DNA of 64,000 nt from contig DAOTTC010000057.1 in NCBI GenBank assembly GCA_034437815.1, positions 24,225 to 88,224 on the forward strand. Reading direction: 5' to 3'. Numbering within the stretch: position 1 is the stretch's first letter; each line of letters starts with the position of its first letter. The stretch is from Chloroflexia bacterium (lineage in GTDB: Bacteria; Chloroflexota; Chloroflexia; QHBQ01; JADMIH01). This document shows, piece after piece, positions 52,518-62,990 of this stretch. Position numbers and translations under genes: made by a program. The notes below the pieces were generated by a model. That model was not told the DNA's origin, ran no database searches, and saw only the letters and a program-made list of their open reading frames with translations.

Positions 52518-53519
52518 TCAAGGGTGTTCAGGTTGTGAAGCCGCCTGACCTCTGAAAGCGGGTATCACTTGCTGGGCGAACAGGCGTAGCGTATCGAGCC
52601 TCGTCAGGTCATTGCGGAAGTATATGATGAGGTATTCCAACCCGGTGCTCTGTAGCTCGTGCAGGTACTCGATGGTCTGCTGGGGTGTGCCCACGAAAGT
52701 GCCCGTCCTGTATTCCTCCAGACTTATGCCTCCCCTGAGCATGCGCTGTTTTTCGGTGGCCTTTTCCGGGTCCTGCCCCGGCTCCAGCAGTGTGATGAAG
52801 ATGTGCGCGCTCTTGATGATGGTGTTGTAATCGCGTCCCACGGTGTCGCAGTGCCGTTTGAGCACCTCAAGCTTGTGCCTGTAGCTCTGCACGTCCGTGC
52901 CCGCCACCACGTTGCAGGCGTCGGCGTAGCGGGCCACCAGCTTCAGCGTGACCTTCTCGCCACTGCCCCCGATCCAGATGGGCGGGTGGGGCTTCTGCAC
53001 GCCTTTAGGCTCGTTGATAGCCCCTTTTATGCTGTAGTACCTCCCCTCGAAGGTGGCGTATGGCTCGGTCCACATCTTCAGGATGATTTGCACGGCCTCC
53101 TCCAGCATCCTCAGGCGCTGTGGCCCGTCTGGAAACGGGTAACCGTAGGCCACGAATTCTTCTTCGTGCCAGCCCGCGCCAATGCCGAAGTCCAACCTGC
53201 CGTGGCTCAGCACGTCCACGGTGGAGGCCATCTTGGCGAGCAGAGCGGGGTTGCGGTAGTTGTTGCACGCGACCATCTGCCCTATGCGGATGGTGGATGT
53301 GTCGCGGGCCAGCGCCGCCGTGCTCACCCAGCATTCGAAGGTGGTCTGCAACTGTGATGTGGGCACGGTGTGGAAGTGGTCGTACAGCCATATCGAGTCG
53401 TAACCCAGCCTCTCGGCCTCCTGTGCGAAGCGGGTCATGGTCTCGTACTGCTCGATGGGGTCTTCGATGTCTGTCAGGTCGAGCCGCCAACCCTGCGGCA
53501 CCAACACTCCGAATTTCAT
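52518..53519 (-). CDS. Luciferase-like monooxygenase (LLM) family oxidoreductase, probably F420-dependent
   Basis: ATG 53519 (MKFGVLVPQGW) has SD GGAGG upstream. LLM TIM-barrel blocks present: YDSIWLYDHF, GRLDFGIGAGW, GGSGEKVTLKLVARYADACN. F420 dependence is inferred from family resemblance only. Confidence 0.7.
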   Translation of the reverse strand: MKFGVLVPQGWRLDLTDIEDPIEQYETMTRFAQEAERLGYDSIWLYDHFHTVPTSQLQTTFECWVSTAALARDTSTIRIGQMVACNNYRNPALLAKMASTVDVLSHGRLDFGIGAGWHEEEFVAYGYPFPDGPQRLRMLEEAVQIILKMWTEPYATFEGRYYSIKGAINEPKGVQKPHPPIWIGGSGEKVTLKLVARYADACNVVAGTDVQSYRHKLEVLKRHCDTVGRDYNTIIKSAHIFITLLEPGQDPEKATEKQRMLRGGISLEEYRTGTFVGTPQQTIEYLHELQSTGLEYLIIYFRNDLTRLDTLRLFAQQVIPAFRGQAASQPEHP

Positions 53520-53654
53520 AAGTCTGCTTACCTCCGTGAATGTAGCAGAAATCTTCAGCAGGGGAACACCCCTCACCCCACCGTTCGGGGGTCACAGCCA
53601 GAGCGCGGGCATCTTGCCCCATACAGCCGGTGGGACGCCCGCGCTCCATACGTA

Positions 53655-53676
53655 TATGCCGGTTTATGCCGGTTTA
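53655..53676. repeat. 10-bp tandem duplication (TATGCCGGTT) x2
   Basis: Read directly. It lies in the gap between the LLM start (53519) and the pepN C-half stop (53744). Confidence 0.9.
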
Positions 53677-53743
53677 CAAGCCGCCTGCTCCATGCTTGCT
53701 TCACCCCGGTCTCCCGCAGGGAAGGGTGGGCGATGGGCGGCGG

Positions 53744-55021
53744 TTAGCTTCGGGTTTTGAACCAGCTGAGCAGGTCGTCCCGCACGCGTGCTTTGAATTC
53801 GGCCATCTGGTCAATCATCTCCAGCGCGCGAGCCAGACTCATCTGCGCCTCGTCGGGCTGGAGGTGCTGTTTGAAGAAGCTGACGATGTCTTCGCGCCTG
53901 TCGGCGGGCAGGTTGCCGGTGGCCTCCACTAGGAAGGTGACCCACATGCCGCTGATGCTGTGCACCTGATCCCAGTGGCTTTTGATGTATTCCCATGCAG
54001 GCAGGCGGGTGTGGTTCTGGTTGAGCATGGCTCTGAGCACCGGCCCCACCGATTCGATGGGCAGGGTACCGTCTTCGAGCAGGTTGAGGGCCGCCTGCAC
54101 AAGCTCCGGCGGCTCGAAGGCCGGGAAGCTGAACAGGTAGTTGTTGGTCTCCTGCGGCGAGGCTTGCTTTTCGCGCCGGAGCTTATAAATCTCCACGTGT
54201 CGGTCGAAGCGGGTACGGTCTCCGAACTGGGCGGCCACCTGCACCACCAGCGGGGCCAGATTGGGGTCCACCGAGGTGGGGTCGGCGGCCTCGCGGTCGG
54301 CCATGTGCACGGCGCGGCTCACCGCTTCAGGGTCGCGGGCCAGCCGGGCCAGCGCGCTCAGCACGTGCACCCGGCTCTGGGTTTGGTTGCGGCTCTCGCC
54401 GGGCGTTGGTTCATAGCCCAGCTCGGCCATCTTGCCCTCGAACGCCCCTTTCACCCATGCGCGGAACCTGCTCAGCGCCTCTTCGTCCCCGAACTCTTCG
54501 AGCAGGGACTCGATGCTGTACAGGCGGCTGACCACCGCGCCCAGCACGGTGTAGTCGTCGGCGGCGGTGAGGGCCGCAAGCACGTCGAGGAACTGCCCGA
54601 TGCGGGTGGCCCCACTGCGCAGTAAGGCCCACTGGTCGTTGAGCAGGCCCACCTGCTCGGCAGGCGACAGTTTGGACAGGTTGGCAAGGATTCCCTTCAG
54701 TACCTGCTCGTCGGGGTGCTGACGGTAGAAGCCCACCTCGCCCGCGTTGGCATAGCACCAGCGGAGCGTGCCGCTCACGCTCAGGGGCATGACCCCCTCG
54801 CGCCCGGTGAGCAGATAGCGGGCCTCGTGCACGCCTTCGTCGTCTTCATAGCGTGCCACCACGGGCACGTACCATATCTGCTCGTTGGCCGGGGCGTTGG
54901 GCGTGGAGAAGAAGCGGCGCTGGCCGAGGCGCAGGGCGGTGTCCGGGCCGGAACCCTGCACCGCCACGCTCACCACCGGATAGCCACCCTGTGCGATCCA
55001 GCTCTCCATGAGGGCGGTCAC
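53744..55021 (-). CDS. pepN: M1 aminopeptidase N, C-terminal (ERAP1_C-like helical) half; lies in frame behind a TAG that ends the N-terminal half
   Basis: The sequence begins (P)VTALMESWIAQGGYPVV, which in intact M1 enzymes directly follows the catalytic domain. No SD precedes GTG 55021 or the next ATG. It is in the same reading frame as 55025..56338. Confidence 0.75.
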   Translation of the reverse strand: MTALMESWIAQGGYPVVSVAVQGSGPDTALRLGQRRFFSTPNAPANEQIWYVPVVARYEDDEGVHEARYLLTGREGVMPLSVSGTLRWCYANAGEVGFYRQHPDEQVLKGILANLSKLSPAEQVGLLNDQWALLRSGATRIGQFLDVLAALTAADDYTVLGAVVSRLYSIESLLEEFGDEEALSRFRAWVKGAFEGKMAELGYEPTPGESRNQTQSRVHVLSALARLARDPEAVSRAVHMADREAADPTSVDPNLAPLVVQVAAQFGDRTRFDRHVEIYKLRREKQASPQETNNYLFSFPAFEPPELVQAALNLLEDGTLPIESVGPVLRAMLNQNHTRLPAWEYIKSHWDQVHSISGMWVTFLVEATGNLPADRREDIVSFFKQHLQPDEAQMSLARALEMIDQMAEFKARVRDDLLSWFKTRS

Positions 55022-55024
55022 CGG

Positions 55025-56338
55025 CTAGTCGGACGCGGCCTGAAGGTGACGCCACAGGTCGGCTCCGGCGGCGTTGCTCTCGGCGAACTCTTTCATGTAG
55101 GTGCGAATGCCCTCTCTGAAGCGCTCTTCACCCAGAAAGCCCTCCAGCATGCGGAGCACCGCACAGCCCTTCTCATAGGTGATGCTGTCGAACATCTCAG
55201 CGGCTTCGGCGGGGGTGTCCACCGGGTTGTAGATGGGGTGGGTGCTCTCCAGCGAGTCGTCGGCCATGGCCCCGTTCTTGGCGGCCATGAAGTCGTCCCA
55301 CACGCGATATTCGGGGTTGAGGTCGTCGAGCGCTTTGGTGGACACCCACTCGGCGAACGCCTCGTTGAGCCACAGGTCATCCCACCACTTCATGGTCACG
55401 AGGTTGCCGAACCACATGTGGGCGGTCTCATGAGCCACCACGTGGGCGATGCGCTTCTCGGCCTGCCATGAGGCGGTCCTCGGGTCCATGATGAGGGCCG
55501 ACTGGCGGTACAGCACCAGCCCCACGTTTTCCATCGCGCCCGCGCCGAAGCCGGGCACCGCCGCCTGATCGTACTTGTCGAAGTGGTAGGGCGCGCCGAA
55601 GTAGTCTTCGTACCACGGCAGTACGCGTTTGGTGAAGTCGTGTGCGAAGCGGCCCATGTGCTCCTTGCCGCGCAAAGCCCACACCCGAATGGGGGTGCCG
55701 TTGACCACCTCTTCAGGGGTGGAGGCCATGTCGCCTATCACGAGGGCCACCAGATACGAGGACATGGGTCTGGTGGGCGCGAACTTCCACGTTTTGGACT
55801 GGCCGTCCACCGAGTCGGTTACGCCCACCAGCGGCCCGTTAGCCAGCACCACCACATCGGGCGAGGTGGTCACCTGCCACGCGAACCGCGCCTTGAAGGT
55901 CGGCTCGTCCCAGCAGGGGAAGATGGCGCGGGCCTCGGCCTCCTCGCACTGGGTACACAGGCATTGCTCAGGGCCGTCCTTGGCCAGATACAGCCCTTCG
56001 AGGCCCCGGCCTACTTTGCCCCTGAAGTCTACCTCCAGCGTACCCTCGCCCACGGGCAGTGCACGGTCGAACTGGATGCGGGCCATCTCGCGCTCATCGT
56101 CCTGCTCGATGCGCCCCTCCAGCGTCTCGCCGTTGAAGGTGAGCCGGGCGTTGGACAGCTGTAATTCTCGCTGGTTCAGCTCTATGAAGTCCTGCGGCTG
56201 TTTGATATCCAGCTGTACGGTCACCCTGCCGAAGAAGTCATCGCGGCCAAGACGTGCATCTATGTGGATGTCATAGCGCTTGGGCAGGGCATGGGTGGGC
56301 AGACGATATGCCTTTGGCTTTGTTGCTAACGTGGTCAT
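55025..56338 (-). CDS. pepN: M1 aminopeptidase N, N-terminal and catalytic half (ends at in-frame TAG 55025-55027)
   Basis: GAMEN exopeptidase motif (FGAGAMEN). Zinc motif HETAHMWFGNLVTMKWWDDLWLNEAFAEW (HExxH-x18-E). ATG 56338 has SD AGGAGAG upstream. Confidence 0.85.
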   Translation of the reverse strand: MTTLATKPKAYRLPTHALPKRYDIHIDARLGRDDFFGRVTVQLDIKQPQDFIELNQRELQLSNARLTFNGETLEGRIEQDDEREMARIQFDRALPVGEGTLEVDFRGKVGRGLEGLYLAKDGPEQCLCTQCEEAEARAIFPCWDEPTFKARFAWQVTTSPDVVVLANGPLVGVTDSVDGQSKTWKFAPTRPMSSYLVALVIGDMASTPEEVVNGTPIRVWALRGKEHMGRFAHDFTKRVLPWYEDYFGAPYHFDKYDQAAVPGFGAGAMENVGLVLYRQSALIMDPRTASWQAEKRIAHVVAHETAHMWFGNLVTMKWWDDLWLNEAFAEWVSTKALDDLNPEYRVWDDFMAAKNGAMADDSLESTHPIYNPVDTPAEAAEMFDSITYEKGCAVLRMLEGFLGEERFREGIRTYMKEFAESNAAGADLWRHLQAASD

Positions 56339-56392
56339 GCATCTCTCCTGATCGAGGTTGGTCGGTATGCCAAGGGAATGGTTGGGACTTTT

Positions 56393-56416
56393 ATTATATA
56401 CCGGATTATATACCGG
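56393..56416 (-). promoter_or_regulatory. 12-bp tandem duplication (ATTATATACCGG) x2 that duplicates a perfect TATAAT; candidate pepN promoter -10 region
   Basis: The minus strand reads CCGGTATATAAT CCGGTATATAAT, 55 and 67 nt upstream of ATG 56338. A third related copy CTATATACCACCGG lies at 56445-56458. No convincing -35 was seen. Confidence 0.35.
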
Positions 56417-56603
56417 CACATCATGTACATACCACTATATACCACCGGTGGCCCGGTGCCATCATCGGTCGTCCGATGGATTCTGCCGGGATAGGAGGTA
56501 GCAATCCTTACCCAAGCAAAGGCAATAAATACCGGGGGCAGGGGGAGCGTCCCTGCCAGCGGGCGTCCTCCATTTCTTCCCATCTCAAATTTACAGCCCC
56601 CCA

Positions 56604-56735
56604 GTGCATATTCATGCAAGATGTTGGGCAAGGGAAGGCAAGGGAAGGCAAGGGAAGGCAAGGGAAGGCAAGGGAGGGCTTGGGCAGGGCACAGCCCTCC
56701 CCCTTTATTGCACACGAAGCACCATGAAATAGCAC
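56604..56735 (-). repeat. IGE-1, copy F (long form; pyrimidine tract expanded into a 10-bp tandem repeat)
   Basis: The minus strand reads GTGCTATTTCATGGTGCTTCGTGTGCAATAAAGGGGGAGGGCTGTGCCCT...(CCCTTGCCTT)n...CCCAACATCTTGCATGAATATGCAC. The outer ends are CAGTGCATATTCATG (56602-56616) and CATGAAATAGCACTA (56723-56737). They form imperfect inverted repeats. Confidence 0.75.
56627..56676. repeat. Tandem repeat (GGCAAGGGAA) x5 inside IGE-1 copy F
   Basis: Five consecutive 10-bp units lie at 56627-56676; the last is GGCAAGGGAG. They replace the short CCCTTCC tract seen in the other copies. Confidence 0.9.
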
Positions 56736-56785
56736 TATAGCGCTATGGAGGACCGGTACGAGGCTTACAAGGCCTGAACGATGGG

Positions 56786-57586
56786 CTAGCCGACCACATG
56801 CAAGACCTCGATGTCGTCGGGGGCGAGTTCGGGAGCAAGCAGGTACAGGTTGTGCAGGCCAAGAAGCGCCAGCAGGGCGGGGGTGGCAAGGGCTATGAGC
56901 GGCGGGGCATAGAACACCGTGAGCCACAGCAAAAACCCCCCGAACAGTGTCATTATCAGGTTGTGCACAGGGTAGCGCATGGCGAGGATGGCCCCGTTAC
57001 GCAGCAGGTGCCGCACCGCCAGATCGTCCCGGCACACCAGCATGGGCCACGCGAAGAACAGCGTCTGCACCCACACAACGCCTATGTACAGTATGAGCAC
57101 CGCCCCTATCCATGCCAAACCACCCAGTTCTCCGGCCATAGCCAGATAGAGCGATAGGTCCAAAAACCAAAGCAGTGTGCCCAGCAGGCCGATCGCACCC
57201 AACCGCCAGCTTTTGCCGAAATATGCCCTCAGGCTTGTGACGAAGAGTTGAAGGTCCGGGTGCTCGTGAAGCACAGTGGCGCGGGCCATGGCGTACAGGG
57301 CAGTGGTGGCCGGTGGCCAGCCGATTATGGTCACCGACAGCACCAGCCAGCCGAAGCACGTAACGGTCAGCACCAACAACTCGCGCCACCAATCGCGGAT
57401 GGTGCGCCAGATAGCGACGAACGGTTTGGCCGCCGGGTGCACGTCCGACCACGAGCGCGGTGAAATCTCAGTCTCAGCGCTCTCCGCGTTCTGTTCGCCA
57501 CCTCCAGCTTCCTCTTCCTCCGGCCCTTTCACCGGCACGTGGCGCTGTTGTCCTCGTTGATGTAAGGGTGTCCCTTGCTTTTCCAT
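56786..57586 (-). CDS. DUF624 (YesL-like) membrane protein, last gene of the sugar ABC operon
   Basis: The N-terminal acidic tail is followed by FVAIWRTIRDWWRELLVLTVTCFGWLVLSVTIIGWPPATTALYAMA, typical of DUF624. About 6 TM helices. It sits downstream of the two permease genes. Start ATG 57586 is preferred over 57643. Confidence 0.55.
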   Translation of the reverse strand: MEKQGTPLHQRGQQRHVPVKGPEEEEAGGGEQNAESAETEISPRSWSDVHPAAKPFVAIWRTIRDWWRELLVLTVTCFGWLVLSVTIIGWPPATTALYAMARATVLHEHPDLQLFVTSLRAYFGKSWRLGAIGLLGTLLWFLDLSLYLAMAGELGGLAWIGAVLILYIGVVWVQTLFFAWPMLVCRDDLAVRHLLRNGAILAMRYPVHNLIMTLFGGFLLWLTVFYAPPLIALATPALLALLGLHNLYLLAPELAPDDIEVLHVVG

Positions 57587-57666
57587 ATGCAAAGTAAAGT
57601 AAGGAAAGAACCGGGGAGGGCCTTGCCCTCCCCCAACTCTCATGCTTCGCCGGTGTTACCAGCTTG

Positions 57667-58590
57667 CTAGCCTTTCACCCCACTGTAGGTCACACCTTGA
57701 ATGAAGTAGCGAGAGAACAGGGCGAACACGATCAGCACAGGTATGGTGTTGAACATCGAACCCGCCAGTATATAGTTGAAGAACTCGATGCGCTGACTGC
57801 CTTTCAGGAAACTCAGGCCGACGGGGATGGTGAACATGTCCACGGTGTTGAGCATGACCAAGGCGTTCAGGAAGTCGTTCCACGCGCCTTGAAACTCGAT
57901 GATAGCCAGCGTAGCCAGAGCGGGCTTGGCCAGCGGCAGCACAACGCGTGAGTAGATGGTGAACAGGCCCGCCCCGTCGATCATGGCGGCTTCTTCCAGA
58001 TCGCGGGGTATGCTTCTGAGGAACTGGGTGAGCAGGAAGATGCCGAATGCGCCCACCGCGCCCGGCACGATGATCGCCCAGTAGGTGTTCACCCAGCCCA
58101 GCATATTGATGATCAAGTACTTGGGTATCAACAGTACCATGCCCGGTATCATCATGGTAGCCAGCATGAAGGCGAATATAAAGTCACGCCCTCGGAAGCG
58201 CAGGCGGGCGAAGGCATAGGCAGCCAGCGAGCAGAATATGAGCTGTAGCACTATATGGGCCGCCGCCAGCAGGGCGCTGTTGAAGATCCATCTGGGCATG
58301 AGCGGGTTGTCAGGCGTGGGTATGTTTTGCAGTATATACAGGTAGTTTTCCCAACGCCAAGAGCTGGGGAGGATGGTCGGCGGCCACGCCAGCACCTCAA
58401 GGTTAGTTTTGAACGAGCCTAGGAAAGCCAGCACCAGCGGCCCCAGCAATATCAGGGTCACTATGGCAAGAAACACATAGCGCAGTACTTCCAAGATATA
58501 CCATGACACGGGTCGTTTTTCCACGACACCTGCCGCCTCGCCTGCGAACACCGTGCCTCGTGCAGTGGTAGCTTCTGCTTCTGTTGCCAT
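57667..58590 (-). CDS. Carbohydrate ABC transporter permease (MalG/CUT1-type)
   Basis: EAA loop DLEEAAMIDGAGLFTIYSRVVLPLAKPAL. Six TM helices. SD GGAGG lies 6 nt before ATG 58590. Confidence 0.88.
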   Translation of the reverse strand: MATEAEATTARGTVFAGEAAGVVEKRPVSWYILEVLRYVFLAIVTLILLGPLVLAFLGSFKTNLEVLAWPPTILPSSWRWENYLYILQNIPTPDNPLMPRWIFNSALLAAAHIVLQLIFCSLAAYAFARLRFRGRDFIFAFMLATMMIPGMVLLIPKYLIINMLGWVNTYWAIIVPGAVGAFGIFLLTQFLRSIPRDLEEAAMIDGAGLFTIYSRVVLPLAKPALATLAIIEFQGAWNDFLNALVMLNTVDMFTIPVGLSFLKGSQRIEFFNYILAGSMFNTIPVLIVFALFSRYFIQGVTYSGVKG

Positions 58591-58712
58591 CGCGCACCTC
58601 CACGCCAGTGGTCAGTAATTCTCTCAGGTTCCTGCTTGCCCTTCGTGTCTTCTTCGGTTGCCTTTCATGGTTTTCATGCTGTGCGACGCGCTCGGTTCTC
58701 GGTGCCTGAGCC

Positions 58713-59672
58713 CTACACCTCGGTGCCGCGTTCCAGCACCCGGCGCTGGATCAGGAACAGCACGAAGATGATCACGAACAAGATAAAGGCCATAGCCGAT
58801 GCAAAGGCCATCTCGGAGTCACGGAAGGCCGCCCTCCATATAAGGTAGGCCACAGTGAGGGTGGATTTGAGCGGCCCGCCGTTGGTCATGACATAAATCT
58901 GGTCGAACACCTGCCATGTGCCTATGGTGCCCAGCACGACCACCAAGAATATAATGGGGCGCAACAGCGGCAGGGTTATGTTGAAGAACACCCGCGGGCC
59001 GGTGGCCCCGTCAATGGCCGCCGCTTCGTACACATCTCTGGGTATGTCCTGCAACGCGGCCAAAAACATGAGCATGAAGGTGGGGGCGGTGGTGAAGATG
59101 TTCATGGTCATGATGGCCGGCAATGCGAAGGTGGTGCTGTTCAGCCAGTCCACTGGTTGGAACCCGGCCCAGCCCAGCAGGCCCAGCAGCACGTAATTGA
59201 TATAGCCATTTTTGTTGTACAGCCAGAAGAAAATAAGCGATATGACCACGGATGCGGTCACGCTGGGGGTATACCACGCCACCCTGAAAAAGCGCAGGGC
59301 GCGTATCTTGGCGTTGAGGGCCACCGCCATGAGCAGTGCCAGCCACGTCTGGAAGAACACCACCACCACCGAGAACAACAGCGTGTTGCCTACGGCTTTA
59401 TGGAAGTCGCTGTCGGTTAGCACTCTTCTGTACTGCTCAAGGCCCTTAAAGTTCTGGGGCACGTTGATGGTAATGCCAAAGATGCGGATGGAGATGGTGT
59501 TGAACAGCTCGAGGTCGCTGAAGCTGGCCCACAGCGCGTATAACAGCGCACCCAGAGTGAACACCAGCACCGACAACAAATAGGGCGAGATGAACAGGTA
59601 GGCGGCGATCTGCTCCTGTGCGCGCTTGCTCAGCCCTTTCCTCTTACGTATGGTCACTGCCTGAGTAGCCAT
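58713..59672 (-). CDS. Carbohydrate ABC transporter permease (MalF/CUT1-type)
   Basis: EAA loop YEAAAIDGATGPRVFFNITLPLLRPII. Six TM helices. SD GAGGAGG lies 5 nt before ATG 59672. Confidence 0.88.
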   Translation of the reverse strand: MATQAVTIRKRKGLSKRAQEQIAAYLFISPYLLSVLVFTLGALLYALWASFSDLELFNTISIRIFGITINVPQNFKGLEQYRRVLTDSDFHKAVGNTLLFSVVVVFFQTWLALLMAVALNAKIRALRFFRVAWYTPSVTASVVISLIFFWLYNKNGYINYVLLGLLGWAGFQPVDWLNSTTFALPAIMTMNIFTTAPTFMLMFLAALQDIPRDVYEAAAIDGATGPRVFFNITLPLLRPIIFLVVVLGTIGTWQVFDQIYVMTNGGPLKSTLTVAYLIWRAAFRDSEMAFASAMAFILFVIIFVLFLIQRRVLERGTEV

Positions 59673-59787
59673 GGCGGCCTCCTCGCCAGTTGTCAGTGGT
59701 CAATCACCGGTTGTCGGGTTGCACAATAAAGTGTGGTGAGGAGGGCAGGGACGAGCACGTGCCCGTCCCTGCCCCGGCAGGTCATGC

Positions 59788-61194
59788 TCACTTCAACAGG
59801 CCGCTAATGGTGTCGGCGGCCTCGTCCAGCGCGGTCTTGGAATCAGCTTGCCCGCGGAACACTTTCTCCAGTGCTGTGTTGATGGCGTCGAGTATCTTGC
59901 CGTGGTTGGGGCCGAAGTAGTGCACCGTGCCGTAGTTGACCGAGTCGAACAGCACGGCATCTACGGGGTGGTCCTTGAAATAGGGGTCATTGGCAAGGCT
60001 CTTGAGAGTGGGCAGGGCAAAGCCTATCCTCAGCACCTCTCTCTGGTTTTCGGCGCCGGCAAGGAACAACACAAGAGCCGCGGCGGCCTTGGGGTACTTG
60101 GTGTTGGCTGATGCGCTGTAGGCGTTGGTGAAGATCAGGTTGCCCCGTCCGCCCTTGTTGCTGGCGGGCAGGGGCGCGGCCTCGTACTTCACGTCGCTGA
60201 AGCCACCGGCCGGGTCGGCGAGGAACGGCACCATCCAGCCGCCCTCGATCACCGCCGCGGCGCGCTTTTTGCCGAACGCCTCGCCCGGCCAGCCCGCGCC
60301 TACATCGGCGGCCTGCCCAGCAATGCCGTCTTTGACCATGCCGTAGTAGAAGTCCAGCGACTCCACGGCCTCAGGGCTGTTGATGCTTTCGATCTTGGCA
60401 CCATTGGCGAAGGCGAACGCCAGCCAGCGGGCGTTGTCGGGCGGGTGCATGGTGCCAAAGACCTTGGTGTTGGGGTCGGTGCCCTGCGTGTTGGCCTGTG
60501 CCCACGCTCGGTAATCGTCCCACTTCCAGCCTTCCTTGGGCTTCTCCTTCACCAGATCGACGTTGTAGAACACAGCCAGCGAGCCGAAGTCTTTGGGCAG
60601 GCCATACACGTCCTCGCCCCGGCTGAAGATGTTGATCAGGCTGTCGTAGTAGTCGCTCTTCTTGCGCCCGGCCTGATCCATATACTCATTCAGCTTGAGC
60701 AGTTTGTTGGCCCCGATAAGCTCGTCGGCCAGCACGGCATCCACATAGAACACATCAGGCTCGGTACCGCCGGATATCTGGGTCTTGAGCTTGGTCTGGT
60801 AATCTTCGGGGATCGGCTCGTACTTGATCTGCACGTTGGGGTAGACCTGAGTGAAGCGATTGAGCATATCCTGCGTGACCTTCTGCTCGGACGGGTTGCC
60901 CCAACCCGACACGCGCAGTACGGCCCCCTGCTCAACCTCTATCTTCTGGACCTTGGTGGGGTCGAACTCGCCGGTAGCCGCCGGCGTTTGCGCGGCCAAG
61001 GCCTCGGTGGGCGTAGCCTCGGCTGCCGGGGTGTTGGTGGGCTGCTCGGTCAGGGCGGGCTGTGTGGGCGTAGCCTCGGCTGCCGGGGCCGTGGTGGGTG
61101 TGGGCGCAGCGGCCGGCTGCCCGCAGGCGCTGAGCACCATTGTGAACGCCACCAGCAAGGCCACCAACGAGGTGAATTTACCGTATTTTTTCAT
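59788..61194 (-). CDS. ABC transporter extracellular solute-binding lipoprotein (family 1, sugar-type) with Pro/Thr/Ala-rich N-terminal linker
   Basis: Lipoprotein signal LVALLVAFTMVLSAC. A low-complexity APTPTTAPAAEATPTQP linker follows. The SBP_bac_1-like body includes LRVSGWGNPSEQK and FYVDAVLADELIGANKL. SD GGAGG lies 6 nt before the ATG. Confidence 0.85.
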   Translation of the reverse strand: MKKYGKFTSLVALLVAFTMVLSACGQPAAAPTPTTAPAAEATPTQPALTEQPTNTPAAEATPTEALAAQTPAATGEFDPTKVQKIEVEQGAVLRVSGWGNPSEQKVTQDMLNRFTQVYPNVQIKYEPIPEDYQTKLKTQISGGTEPDVFYVDAVLADELIGANKLLKLNEYMDQAGRKKSDYYDSLINIFSRGEDVYGLPKDFGSLAVFYNVDLVKEKPKEGWKWDDYRAWAQANTQGTDPNTKVFGTMHPPDNARWLAFAFANGAKIESINSPEAVESLDFYYGMVKDGIAGQAADVGAGWPGEAFGKKRAAAVIEGGWMVPFLADPAGGFSDVKYEAAPLPASNKGGRGNLIFTNAYSASANTKYPKAAAALVLFLAGAENQREVLRIGFALPTLKSLANDPYFKDHPVDAVLFDSVNYGTVHYFGPNHGKILDAINTALEKVFRGQADSKTALDEAADTISGLLK

Positions 61195-61405
61195 CGCTTT
61201 CCTCCATCAGGTTGTCCGTTTATTGGGTGGTTATGTAGTTCGCCCGAAGGTTGCGGGCAAGCTATGCCTATGGCCGGGCAGATGCCCCAAGTCTGCTCTC
61301 CTATACTCATCACCTCCTTTTTGCAGATTTGAGCGGACGGTGGCCGCAACACCGGGACCTGATCGAGGCGAGGTCTGGCCAGCCAGCCGGTCCGCATCGT
61401 CCTGC

Positions 61406-62584
<1,179 letters not shown>

Positions 62585-62990
62585 ATGAGCTGCCTCCGAC
62601 TGTGTTGCGGTTAAGATTTCGGAAACCGGTGGCCGGTCAGGCGGGTTCCCAGCCAGCCGCCCGGCTCAGGGTTCGGCTGTTATACATCCCTTCCGGTGGT
62701 TTCAGGTGGGTGTAGTCGTGTGGAGGTACGATATACGATATTATATATCTTTATATTACATTTTGAGCCGTTTGATAAGCCCCAATCAGAGATCTGTTAT
62801 GGATTTGCTAACCAAAGCGATAGGGTGCGGCTGGCGTGTGACCGTGCTACGAGCAGTCGCCCGAAACCCGGCGGGGTGCAACCCCGTTGCTCTTGGTTGT
62901 TCTTGCTTTTGTGTTCGCCGCGCGTCTTGTCCAACCTGCTCGGTTCCCTGACCCACACGGCTATAGATGTTCATAACACAATACACCCGG

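Noticed and set aside
55025-55027. In-frame stop in pepN as a selenocysteine codon, given selB in the window
   Set aside because: The codon is TAG, not TGA. SelB-dependent recoding applies to UGA followed by a SECIS element.
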